DNA of 64,000 nucleotides. It comes from Asterias rubens (taxonomy: Eukaryota). The DNA lies in contig NC_047076.1 in the NCBI RefSeq assembly GCF_902459465.1, positions 13,764,001-13,828,000 of the forward strand, written 5' to 3'. This document shows, piece after piece, positions 11,490 through 23,481 of the stretch. Within the stretch, counting starts at the first letter, position 1. Every line of letters starts with the position of its first letter. The notes beneath the pieces were generated by a model. That model was not told where the DNA came from. It did not search any database and worked only from the letters and a program-made list of their open reading frames with translations. The translations under genes and the position numbers were made by a program.

Positions 11490-12215
11490 AATAGCGGTTA
11501 GCTTGGTAGCATTTGAACTCACAACCTTGTCATTGCAAGTCCTGTAGTCTAACCACTGAACCATCACAAAATTGTCATTGTAAAATTAGCAGTTAGCTGG
11601 TAGATTTCGAACCAACAACATTCTGATTGCAAGTCCTGCAGTCTAACCACTGGACCACCATTAGCTTGGTAGGATTCGAACCCACAACCTTGTGATTGTA
11701 AGTCCTGCAGTCTAACCACTTGATCACAGTTTGATTGGTAGGATTCGATCCCACAACCTTGTGATTGTAAGTCCTGCAGTCCAACCACTGGACCACAGTT
11801 AGCTGGGTAGGATTCGAACCCACAACCTTGTGATTGCAAGTCCTGCAGTCTAACCACTGAACCACAGTTAGCTTGGTAGGATTCAAACCAACAACCTTGT
11901 AACTGCAAGTCCTGCAGTCGAACCACTGGACCACAGTTAGCTTGGTAGGATTCGAACCTACAATCCTGTGATTGTAAGTCCTGCAGTCTAACCACTGAAA
12001 CACAGTTAGCTTGGTAGGATTCAAACCTTTAATCTTGTGATTGCAAGTCCTGCAGTCTGACCACTGAACCACAGTTAGCTTGGTAGGATTCAAACCAACA
12101 AACTTGTAACTGCAAGTCCTGCAGTCTAACCACTGGACCACAGTTAGCTTAGTAGGATTTAAACCTACAACCTTGTGATTGCAAATCCTGCAGTCTAACC
12201 ACTGGACCAAGTTGA
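11490..12215 (-). repeat. Tandem array of 69-nt tRNA-derived SINE heads
   Basis: The gtctaaccact anchor occurs at 11641, 11710, 11779, 11848, 11917, 11986, 12055, 12124 and 12193 (period 69). The minus-strand unit has an A box (tggtccagtggttag) and a B box (ggttcgaatcc). Confidence 0.9.
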
Positions 12216-12361
12216 CCACCATCCTGGAATAGTTTCATTACTTCTGTTGATGAGTTGTGGATTGCACTATCATTCATGAGGTCAAAGTGCAAAAAAAGAC
12301 ATCTGGAGATGCTGCATGTTGTTCCGAGCTAAACAAAAAAGGGAGACAAACAAGTAACCTG

Positions 12362-13080
12362 TTAAAGGCAGTGGACACTATTGGTAATTGTCAAAGACTA
12401 GCCTTCACAGTTGGTGAACCTGTGGGGTGTCGTGGCCGAGTGGATAAGAGCACCGAACTCAAGCTCTGATGCTTCTGTTCAGCAGAGTGTGGGTTCGAAT
12501 CCAGGTCGTGACACTTGTGTCCCTGAGCAAGACACTTAACTATAATTGCTTCTCTCTACCCAGGGGTAAATGGGTACCTGTGAGGGCAGAGATGGTTCTT
12601 GTGATTGGTTTAGCCATGTAGCGCATATAATTGTCGCACAGGCTGTATACTCCCCAGGGAGCTGAGATGGTTTAAGGAATGATTTAAGGCCCAGTGACCA
12701 GGGGTAATAATGTCGGAAGCGCTTTGAGACACCCTGTGAAAAAGCGCTATATAAAAACCATATATTATCATTGTTATTAACCTGTGAAAATTTGAACTCA
12801 ATTGGTCATCGAAGTTGCGAGATAATAACAAAAGAAAAAAACACCCTTGTCACATGAAGTTGTGTGCGTTTAGATGGTTGATTTTGAGACCTCAAGTTCT
12901 AAATCTGAGGTCTCGAAATCAAATTCGTGGAAAATTACTTCTTTCTTGAAAACTACATCACTTCAGCGGGAGCCGTTTCTCACAATGTTTTATACTATCA
13001 ACCTCTCCCCATTACTCGTCACCAAGAAGAGTTTTATGCCAATAACTATTTTGAGTAATTACCAAAAGTGTCCACTTTTA
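12362..13080 (+). mobile_element. TTAA MITE interrupted by a tRNA/CORE-like SINE (about 12424-12775)
   Basis: The MITE left end (ttaaaggcagtggacactattgg) is broken after cacagttggtg by ggtgtcgtggccgagtggataagagc...gtgtccctgagcaagacacttaac... The MITE resumes at aacctgtgaaaattt. Confidence 0.8.
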
Positions 13081-13119
13081 TGTGTATGGTGAAAACAAAA
13101 TACTGTGAATATTGTTTAC

Positions 13120-13230
13120 CGTCAAAATAAGTGGTGTCCGTTCTGTCATCTGGGGCTGGGATGAAAGGGGCTTCTGTCTCCCTGATTCGCTTCCAGTCGA
13201 TTGCATGGAATAGTGGATGGGACTTCAGGT
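13120..13230 (-). pseudogene. Isolated exon encoding an AGC-kinase C-terminal tail resembling Greatwall/MASTL
   Basis: ttcttcag|ac ctg aag ... ttt gac g|gtaaac, 111 nt, phase 1-1. It translates as (D)LKSHPLFHAIDWKRIRETEAPFIPAPDDRTDTTYFD, compared with recalled human MASTL [36 protein letters not shown]. I found no other kinase exon in the window. Confidence 0.65.
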
Positions 13231-13944
13231 CTGAAGAAAGCAAGATAATATATTTGAGAAAATTATGGGAAAGCGTCATTAAAGAAAATGGTAAATGTGA
13301 ACATCCTTTTTATCTGAAAGTTACCAACCTAACACACAAGACAAGAACATAAACAAAAACAAAAACAACAACAATAAACTGTCAGTGTCTTCATTCCCAT
13401 TTTAGCATTCGACCGGAAGTCGCATGTCTGGCTTGATCCCCAAAATGTGGATGATAACAAACAACAACAACCACATGAAACCGCGACCAAAATGGTGGTC
13501 TCTTTTAATTTGCGTAGACTACCGACGGAGAGAGCAAAAAAATCCCCATCGGATTGCTTCAGAAAGAAAAAAAACGGACCTAAAACATCCATCAAAAACC
13601 TCCATGTTCCCCCTTCCCAAATGACCTAAAAAACATGCTCAAAACTTACCTTTAAATATTGAAAATGCTTGAAAAATGCGAGTTCTAGTGGTTGTGTTTT
13701 TGTTAACCACCGTCCTAGCTACACGACGTACACACACGCATCACGGCAATAACCAACGGAACTTTCGCAATGCTTTCTGAAAAAACAATAAAATGGAAGT
13801 TTATTTAAAGGTGACGCAATGGGGTGGCACTACTAATAGTAGTACTATTATTGAAATACTATCTAAATCACCAAACTATCTTTTTGAATTGTACAAACAG
13901 AGCCAAAATATTCGTTGATATTTTCACAAACTTACCCGCAAAAA

Positions 13945-15720
13945 CGCCCTTGTTGCACAAGTTGTGTGCTTTCAGATGCTTGATTTCGAGACCTCAAATT
14001 CTAATTCTGAGGTCTCGAAATCAAATTCAAATATTTTAGTGAGAAATCACTTCTGTCTTAAAAACTATGTTACTTCACAGAGAGCTGTTTCTCATAATGT
14101 TTTATACTATCTCCAGCTCTCCAGTTTTATACTATCTCCAGCTCTCCATTGCTCCCTTGTGATTGCAAGTCCTGACGGTTAGCTTGGTAGGATTCGAACC
14201 CACAAACTTGTGATTGCAAGTCCTGACGGTTAGCTTGGTATGATTCGAACCCACAACATTTTGATTGCAAGTCTAGAGTCTAACCACTGAAACACAGTTG
14301 GCTTGGTAGGATTCAAACCCACAACTTTGTGATTGTAAGTCCTGCTGTCTAACCACTGACCACCATTAGCTTGGTAGGATTTGAACCTACAACCTTTTGA
14401 GTGCAAGTCCTGCAGTCTAACCAATGGGCAAATAGTGATTCAGTAACAATAGCGGACAATATTTATTTTAGTCATTATAAAATTGGTGGTTAGCTAGGTA
14501 GGATTCGAACCCACAACCTTGTGATTGCAAGTCCTGCAGTCTAACCACTGAACCACAGTTAGCTTGGTAGGATTCAAACCAACAACCTTGTAACTGCAAG
14601 TCCTGCAGTCGAACCACTGGACCACAGTTAGCTTGGTAGGATTCGAACCTACAATCCTGTGATTGTAAGTCCTGCAGTCTAACCACTGAAACACAGTTAG
14701 CTTGGTAGGATTCAAACCTTTAATCTTGTGATTGCAAGTCCTGCAGTCTAACCACTGAACCACAGTTAGCTTGGTAGTATTCAAACCAACAACCTTGTAA
14801 TTGCAAGTCCTGCAGTCTAACCACTGGACCAAGTTGACCACCATCCTGGAATAGTTTCATTACTTCTGTTGATGAGTTGTGGATTGCACTATCATTCAAG
14901 AGGTCAAAGTGCAAAAGAAGACATCTGGAGATGCTGCATGTTGTTCCGAGCTAAACAAAAAAAGGGAGACGGACAAGTAACCTGTTAAAGGCAGTGGACA
15001 CTATTGGTAATTGTCAAAGACTAGCCTTCACAGTTGGTGAACCTGTGGGGTGTCGTGGCCGAGTGGATAAGAGCACCGAACTCAAGCTCTGATGCTTCTG
15101 TTCAGCAGAGTGTGGGTTCGAATCCAGGTCGTGACACTTGTGTCCCTGAGCAAGACACTTAACTATAATTGCTTCTCTCCACCCAGGGGTAAATGGGTAA
15201 CTGTGAAGGCTAGTCTTTGACAATTACCAATAGTGTCCACTGTTCTTGTGATTGGTTTAGCCATGTAGCGCATATAATTGTCGCACAGGCTGTATACTCC
15301 CCAGGGAGCTGAGATGGTTTAAGGAATGATTTAAGGCCCAGTGACCAGGGGTAATAATGTCGGAAGCGCTTTGAGACACCCCGTGAAAAAGCGCTATATA
15401 AAAACCGTGTATTATCATTATTATTAACCTGTGAAAATTTGAACTCAATTGGTCATCGAAGTTGCGAGATAATAATAAAAGAAAAAAACACCCTTGTCAC
15501 ATGAAGTTGTGTGCGTTTAGACACAGTTAGCTTAGTAGGATTCAAACCTACAACCTTGTGATTGCAAGTCCTGCAGTCTAACCACTGGACCAAGTTGACC
15601 ACCATCCTGGAATAGTTTCATTACTTCTGTTGATGAGTTGTGGATTGCACTATCATTCAAGAGGTCAAAGTGCAAAAGAAGACATCTGGAGATGCTGCAT
15701 GTTGTTCCGAGCTAAGCAAA
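13945..15720 (+). repeat. Local segmental duplication of the 10655-12870 block, with deletions and a third partial copy
   Basis: 13945-14150 matches 10655-10860, 14500-15520 matches 11800-12870 (including diagnostic variants of the 69-nt units), and 15520-15720 repeats 12140-12330. Confidence 0.85.
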
Positions 15721-15895
15721 AAAAGAGTGTTGATTATAAACTTAAAGTTAAAGTAAAACATGGAGAAAGCAAAATGCTACAAAGTACATTCATAATTTCG
15801 ACAACACTCACTCACTATTAAGTTGGTGTCCACTAGTTGACCCAGCTAACTGAGCTAGTAATTGAGCTGAGTAACTGATGCTCTGCACTCATTTT

Positions 15896-16027
15896 GGATA
15901 ACTTTCCATATGGCGCCACCACTTTTTCACTCATTTTTACAAAAAGGGATATATTAATCAGGTAAATTAGATACTATATTATTTTATTTCGAATGAAAAA
16001 GTGGTGGCGCCATACGGAAACTTTTCC
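15896..16027. mobile_element. Second copy of the 132-bp MITE
   Basis: Same termini and core as 4046-4177. Confidence 0.85.
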
Positions 16028-16314
16028 CTGCAGGGGTCTTGGTAGTACAACACAGTACAGTACACTTCACAATCAATCAGATGGAACCGACTTTCACTTC
16101 CATAGTGTTCAGTGTTTGTTGTTGTAATTAAATGAATGATAATGATATGGAAGTCTTATATAGCGCACGTATCTACTAAACAAGGTACTCAAGGCGCTGA
16201 GTATATACATGGAGCAATAGTTTATTGCTCCATGGTATATACAAACTATCAGAAAGATGGTTATTGCAGTGATGAATTCTGAGACCCAATTATTTAGCAG
16301 CCACAACCAGGAAC

Positions 16315-16812
16315 ACCGGTGTGGCAGTTTCAACTTTCCGCTGTGTTCAGTTTTCCGAATGACCAAATACGGTAGCATTACGTCATGCGATGCCTGCGCA
16401 CAGCAAGCGAAAGTAGTCCATTTTTAGTGCCGTATTGAGTCATCCGTTACCCTCTGGTAGCTGTCATGGCGACGTCCACGAGTCGAGTACAACTATGCGG
16501 CAAACGCGTGGATCGTATGAGGTTTTTTTATGCAAGCAGAGTGTGACCTGCCTAAAGTTGTACCCATGAATACATGTAAAGATGGGGCAAGAGATTATGT
16601 GACTACACAGAAAAGAATCGTAATATAAACAATTTGGGGGTCACTGCTGAGAGAACTACAGTACTCGCCAGGGTACTCGCGGCGGTATCTGACAGGTCAC
16701 CCGTAAAACTGAACACGCCGGAAAGCTAAAACCGTTCGAACAACATGTTATGTTCGACTACGTCACCCGGAAAACTGAACACGGCGGATAACTGAATGAA
16801 ACCGCCACACCT
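16315..16812. mobile_element. ~490-bp MITE with long TIRs
   Basis: ccggtgtggcagtttcaactttccgctgtgttcagttttccg ... cggaaaactgaacacggcgg...gaaaccgccacacc. A closely similar copy lies at 22230-22721. Confidence 0.85.
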
Positions 16813-17479
16813 GGGCGAACCCTAGCCCTGGTAGGACGTCAGTCAGTGCCACTGCACTGACGTCCTGGGTATAAAGGTTCTTTACAATAAGTCAATGCGA
16901 ACACAAGTTTGACTACAGTTTTCTTTATTTTTTACCTGATTTGAGAAGCTGAAATTCCGTTCATATATTCAGAGTGTCCCTCACTATATTCTCAACGAGT
17001 TCACAGCTAACAAATATCCATGGAAGAAATTATATCCGAAAAAATGTCGAAGTCCTGCACTGGCGATGTTGATCATCGTGTACCACTTGATATAGTGTGA
17101 GCCCAAGTGCGCATGGCTTTGAGTACAGTGCATTGTCTTGCCGCTATTCACTGTCAAACTCCTCCAATATACATTTTAAAATCCAGGAGGCATAAAATAT
17201 TCCAGCTCAAATGGAATTTTCATAAATTTCCGGTTGAATTTCGGTTACAAATGTCAAGTTTTTTTTCTTGTAAAAAAAAAAACCAATTCTAAGCGCGCAG
17301 CAAAATCGTCTGCCGCCGTCTTGCTTTTTCACAGTGCTTCTTGTACATGTGCGGACAACAGAGGGCGCTTTCCTGCGCGCGTATATTTTTTTTTCTTGGG
17401 ACGGTTAGCATGCGCAAATTTATGGTAAAAATTTGCCTCATTTGTCCTAGGGAAAAAAAAAACGCTTCCGACTCATGAA

Positions 17480-17641
17480 GTCTTAGCACAAGACGTCAAT
17501 GCTCGGTATCGCATAGTTCTGCGCTTTGTGTAAATTGCTCACCGACTATTATCCATCTGCTTACTCGTACATTTCGTTCGGCGCGGTAGATTTCATCTCT
17601 TCAAAAACCCTGTTCGATATCCTTTATCGTTAGGTTTTGAG
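17480..17641 (+). promoter_or_regulatory. Probable promoter and non-coding first exon of the CYTH gene
   Basis: CpG-richer stretch ending in a strong donor ttttgag|gtgagt at 17641/17642. The acceptor cacacag near 18927 precedes the ATG exon. This is inference only, with no transcript evidence. Confidence 0.5.
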
Positions 17642-18970
17642 GTGAGTAGCTACTTCATATAATTATTCTATTGCAAAACATACGAAATGTTATGTTTTGG
17701 AGACTCTTTTAAACCACAGTTTGCCATATATTTGAGTTTGTGTAGGGCCTAATTAAAATTATTAAAAAGCATGGAGGCTAAATTTAAAGGGGAGAGTACG
17801 TTGCCACTCACCATTGCTCACGTGACTGTGTACGTGACCGTACGTATGGGAGTGTCGTCTGCTAGTGCTAGCCTACTTCTAGAAACTACAACGCCCGCTG
17901 CATACTTCATGCAATAGAATACAAATGTTGACGTCAAAAAGTCGAAACGAATTAATCGCATGGGTTGAGTTGTGCCCAACTTACGAATATTGCAGGGAAG
18001 ACAGGAAGTAAGAACCTGGCTTAATTAAGTTAATAAGGCTCCTCTATGACATGAGCCAGATCCCATGAGCCTATAGTATAGAGATCTAACATTTTGGGCC
18101 TCCTTAAACTAAAGCCATTATTATACACTTTCGGAGCAGAAACGAAAATAAAAGTTCACAGATTTATAAATAACGTACACAGGGTTTACAGAAGGTAATA
18201 GTGAAAGACTTCTCTGGAAATATTAATCATGAAATGCTTTACTTTTTGAAAACTACATTAAAACAATTATCAATTCTTGATACGATATCGAGAATTAAAG
18301 ATTTATTTTAAACATCAATATGTCATGACACGGCGAAACGTGCGGAAACAAGGGTGGGTTTTCCCGATATTTTCTCCTGACTTCGATGATCGATTGAGCC
18401 TAAATTTTCACAGGGTTAAAATTTTATATTTAAGTTGTGATACACAAAGTGTGGGCCTTTGGACAGTACTGTTTACCGAAAGTGTCCAATGGCTTTTTCG
18501 CTTTATACTACATATACGTTTTCAAAATCGTCGTTGATATAGGTGAACATTTTACTTTCGTTGCTATCAAAAACTCCAGTCCAGTTTCCTTTGCGAACCC
18601 CCAAAAAATTAATCTAAATAAAATTTTAGAAATGTGTTAATATTAATAATGTTAATGTAACTGAAATACCATGACATGTGTACAGGATGTTACAGAGACT
18701 TCCCCTTTTCATCTGGAAAATGAAACTACACTTCCTTCCTTCCTCCATGCTCTTTAAGTCTTAGTTATTAATTAAACTCAGTGTGGGGTTATGGAATTCC
18801 AGATATTATATCTTGTCTTGTCTTGTCTGTTTTGTACTGCACAAAACGTGCAGGCCACCATGTTGAAATAGTTCCTCGACACTCGTTACTCATTCTGGAC
18901 ACTTTATATTTCTTTCCTCACACACAGGTCTTGCAACAGCAGCTCACTCTCCATAAACGTCTTTCTGATC

Positions 18971-21585
18971 ATGCCGTCTAATATCGAAATCAAAGCCCAT
19001 CTTAGAAGTCCAGAGTATGTAAGAAAGAAAGCTTTGGAGCTAAGTGGGAGTGACAAGGTGGAAATTCTGCATCAATGCGACACGTTCTTTCATTGTCCCA
19101 ATGGTCGACTAAAACTCCGGGAATTTAAGGTACTTTTATCATCACACAAACAAAACATACCCAAACACAGTTTTGCACAACAAATTAACACTTGTTTATT
19201 TTGAAGGTGTGGGGTGTCGTGGCCGAGCGGTCTAGGGCGGCGGATGTCAGTTCTGTAAGTTTCAAAATGTGGATTCAAATCCTGGTCCGGCGCGACACTT
19301 GTGTCCTTGAGCAAGGCACTCTATCATAATTGCTTCACTCCACCCAGGAGTACAAATGGGTAGCGGTGAGAGCTGGGGAGTAACCTGCAATGGACTGGCA
19401 TTCTGTCCAGGGGGAATTGAAATAATCTCAGTCATTTAATGGCAAGTACACCAGATATAAACACCTGCCTGTGATCCATACAGGCTCGAACAGTCTGGCT
19501 CGAGACTTTACTTACTTTTGTTTTGAAGGTGTCAATTATTTGGACACAATGTCTTGACATTTGAATGTTGTTTTTGTTTTCTTCAGGAAGATCCTACAAA
19601 GTTATCTCAGCTGGTTTTCTACGACCGGCCGGATACTACCGGACCAAAACTTTCAAAATTTTCAAAGACAGAATCTCATCATCCAGACCAACTCAAGGTA
19701 AAACAAAGATTCCACCAATTATAATCTCTTCTTCTCCTCATGAAACCGGATTGAACTTGAATTGTTATCTTTTGATAGCCGTTTTCCTCTGACACAAATC
19801 TTCTTCGAGATTCAAACTGAGAACGCAAACCTACCTTACATTCACGAATGAACTGGAAACTCTTTTCTTTCCCTAGGATGGTCCACCGTCTGTTATTTTG
19901 TGTAATAATGTCTTCTCAGATAAGTGTAGGCAATATTTTCTGCACCAGCAGTGTCATTGTGTGGCAGACATGGTGCATGGCAAGTGTTTGTTATTATTGT
20001 TGACTAAATGCTGCAGAGAAATAGAGTACGCAACTTAAATTAGTTCTTGGATATTTTTAGAGAACTTTAGAAAGCACTTTGTTTCTGTCCTACAGATTAC
20101 GCTGACACAAGCATTGGGTGTTCAAGGCATTGTCAAGAAAACCAGAACACTGATAATGATTGGTCAGACCAGGGTACATATTGATGAAGTAGATGAACTG
20201 GGAAGCTTTATGGAACTTGAGGTTTGTGTTAACACTTTATACCAGCTCCCCCCCCCCCCCACAGCACTGCGTAATATAATCATTCAGTCGTCTACCCAGG
20301 AAGGAGAATATCACTGCACTAGTTGGACTACAACTAACCATAGAGCAAAGACCATGCTCTATGTCAGTCTCCTGACGATGACTCGAGCAAGACCAATTCA
20401 GAACTGACTCCGCGGCAGTACAGTTAATTACGATCCTATAAGCTAAAGTAGTAGTCCAGTCTATTTCCTATAATATCCGCCCTGGTAATAGTTAAAAAGC
20501 AAGACAGTTCTTTTCAGAACTGAGTAGTCTCCCGAACCTCCGATTATCTACTCCGCGGCAGTAGAATAAAGCAAGACAGTTCTCTAAGAACAACTCTACC
20601 TGGCAAGTAGATACACACATGGTGTTACCGCAAACCAAATATACAATGCTCTATCAACTAACCTACTTACTACATCCTTAAAATAACCCAAGGCATCCAA
20701 GGCAATAGACCGATCCATTAGGCTCTGCCCACGGCACATGTGTGAGCAAGAACGCGTGAGCCTCTCAAATGCAGTTATGCACAACTCTGCCGCGCACGCC
20801 AAGCATATGCGCACGCATCTCGGGTCTTAATTTGTCTGACTTTTGGTTGTGCTATGGGTTGTGATTAGTCAATACGCAATGGGGCTGAGCTTAATGGATC
20901 CCACAATGGGGTGAGGGGGGCTACCATGCCTCATAAAAAGCATCAAATGTAACAGTGGTAAGACTCAAAGACTTGTGATTACAAGGTTGCGGGTTAGAAT
21001 TCTACCAAGCTAACTGCTGATTTCACATAGACTAAAATAAATATTGTCGCAGAGTTACTGAATCACAATTTCTTGACTTGTGCAATTCATAATCGTAGAC
21101 GTTAAACCAATCTTTGTATGAGAGAGATTGGCTGTTGCCAGCTTGGTGTCAGTTTATATCCCCTTTTTGGAGCTTTGTGGAGTTCCTTCAACAGGAAAAT
21201 CATCTTAACAAAGAAAGAAACAAACAATGGTTCCATGCTAGTTTGCTTGGTCGACCAAGTTGATCGAACCAGGGACTTCCTTTAGAAGTACACAGTATAC
21301 ATTTATGTCCCCTTTTTGGGGGAGTTTTCTGAGTCCATTGACGGGAAAATCATCTATAAACAAACAAAAGCTAATACTGATTTGTATGTTGATGTTTAGA
21401 ATATCATTTGAGTAATACAACTCTTTTTTCATGTACAGGTTGTGATGAAGCAAGACCAATCAATAGAAGAGGGAACCAAAATAGCAGACAATTTAATGGA
21501 AGAGCTCGGCATCCAGCCCAGTGATCTAATCTCAGGAGCTTACATGGATCTCATACTGCAGCGGAATGTAGACGGAGATTCTTGA
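18971..21585 (+). CDS. CYTH-domain protein, class IV adenylate cyclase (CyaB)-like, 180 aa, 4 coding exons
   Basis: Exons 18971-19129, 19587-19697, 20096-20221 and 21439-21585, all phase 0 with GT-AG. Motifs: MPSNIEIKA, Q.DTFF, GRLKLRE, LVFYDRPD..GPK, GQTRVHIDEVDELGSFMELEV, GAYMDL. Confidence 0.9.
19211..19520 (+). mobile_element. tRNA/CORE-like SINE with a target-site duplication, in CYTH intron 1
   Basis: TSD ttttgaaggtgt at 19199-19210 and 19521-19532. It has A/B boxes, gtgtccttgagcaaggcact (similar to the MIR CORE GTGACCTTGGGCAAGTCACTT) and an (ACTT)n tail. Confidence 0.85.
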
Positions 21586-22127
21586 CTCAAAGTGACTTTC
21601 AAAACGACAGAAATTCATTCTTAAAGGAATGTTACAGAATTGGTAAGAAAAACACTTGTCTAAGATCACAGATTTACATTAAACTTACACGGTGAGCAGA
21701 AAAGATCCCTTGAAATATTTCTGACTGGCACCCCTGAACAAAGATATTGATATAATAGGGACACTGCCAACATAGGACTGGATAGCTCAGTTGGTAGAGC
21801 TCCGGCACGTTAATCCAGAGGCCGTTGGTTTGAATCTCACTCTAGTCAATAAATTCTTGGTTAAAACCCCAAAATAATTTGAAATATTTCTGTCTGAAAT
21901 GTCATACAAATAAATCGGTGAATGTTTTTTTAATCTCTGTCATGCAAAAGGTGTAATCGGTTTTTCACTATTTTCTTGTGACCGAGATGGCCGATCAATC
22001 TCAAAACCAACTCTGTAATGTTCCTTTAATCATCCATTTTATCTTCTACAAATGTAGTTACAGGTTAGTCTGTGTAAATTTCCCCCCCCCCCCCAACCCC
22101 AAATATATACTACTTAATTATAAACAT

Positions 22128-22866
22128 GGGTGCGTTCGTTTAGCTTCCCTGGGTCATCCCTGGTCTGCCCCGGTGCGTTCGAATAACTTTTGACTTCATT
22201 CCAGGGGCTCACCAAGGTCAGCCCCCAGTACCGGTGTGGCGGTTTCAACTTTCCGCTGTGTTCAGTTTTCCGAATGACCAAATACGGTAACATTACGTCA
22301 TGCGATGCCTGCGCACATCAAGCGAAAGTGGTCAATTTGTAGTGCCGTATTGAGTCATCCGTTACCCTCCGGTAGCTGTCATGGCGGCGTCCACGAGTCG
22401 AGTACAACTAGCGACAAATCGTATGAGTTGTCTTTTTATGCAAGCAGAGTGTGACCTGCCTAAAGTTGTACCCATGAATACATGTACAGATGGGGCAAGA
22501 GATTATGTGACTACACAGAAAAGAATCTTAATATAAACAATTTGGGGTCACTGCTGCGAGAACTACAGTACTCACTCGCCAGGGTACTCGCGGCGGTCTG
22601 ACAGGTCACCCGGAAAACTGAACACGCCGGAAAGCTAAAACCGTTCGAACAACGTGCTAATACGTCCGACTACGTCATCCAGAAAACTGAACACGGTGGA
22701 AGACTGAAACCGCCACACCGGCTTGTGGAGTGGGTCACTTGGGGGCTGGCCCCAGGTAAACGACATCACTACGAGAGCGGTGAGTGGTCGTTCGTTTAGC
22801 TCTTGTCAGGGGCTCACCAGAGTGAGCACCGCGAGGTAAACCCAGGAAAGCTAAACGAACGCACCC
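22128..22866. mobile_element. MITE (gggtgcgttcg termini) with a nested ~490-bp MITE at 22230-22721
   Basis: gggtgcgttcgtttagctt ... aagctaaacgaacgcaccc. An uninterrupted relative lies at about 45568-45815. Confidence 0.8.
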
Positions 22867-22955
22867 TTTATATGTATCTGTATGAAATCTTTAGAGTTTT
22901 CTTTAGATGTTGTTCCACCACCCGAAAAACCCCAATGAACATTTGATTTCTTGTT

Positions 22956-23340
22956 TTAAAGACACTGGACACTATTGGTAATTGTCAAAGGCTAGTCTTC
23001 TCACTTGGTGTATCTCAACATATGCATAAAATAACAAACCTGTGAAAATTTGAGCTCAATCGGTCGAGTTTGCGAGATAATAATGAAAGAAAAAACACCC
23101 GTCACACGAAGTTGTGTGCTTTCTGATGCTTGATTTCGAGACCTCAAATTCTAAACTGGAGGTCTCGAAATCAAATTAGTGAAAAATTACTTCTTTCTCG
23201 AAAACTACGTCACTTCAGAGGGAGTCATTTCTCACAATGTTTTATACCATCAACAACCCCTCCCCATTACTCGTAGTCAAGAAATGGTTTAATGATGATA
23301 ACTATTTTGAGTAATTACCAATAGTGTCCACTGCCTTTAA
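22956..23340 (+). mobile_element. Full-length TTAA MITE
   Basis: ttaaagacactggacactattggtaatt ... aattaccaatagtgtccactgcctttaa. Confidence 0.85.
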
Positions 23341-23481
23341 ATGCAATTAATAGATAAGAAGTGAAACCATTTTTAAAATGTTCTTGCCAACTTCACTCTT
23401 CAAGATCAAAGAAAACCTGACCATGCAATGGAAACAAATGCTGCAAAAAAGATCCAAAATAATTAAAAAAATATTATTTTA

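Noticed and set aside
11564-12222. Long ORFs (209 aa and 143 aa) with 23-aa repeats
   Set aside because: They are a by-product of the 69-nt (23-codon) tRNA-head array. The same applies to the ORFs at 14230-14914.
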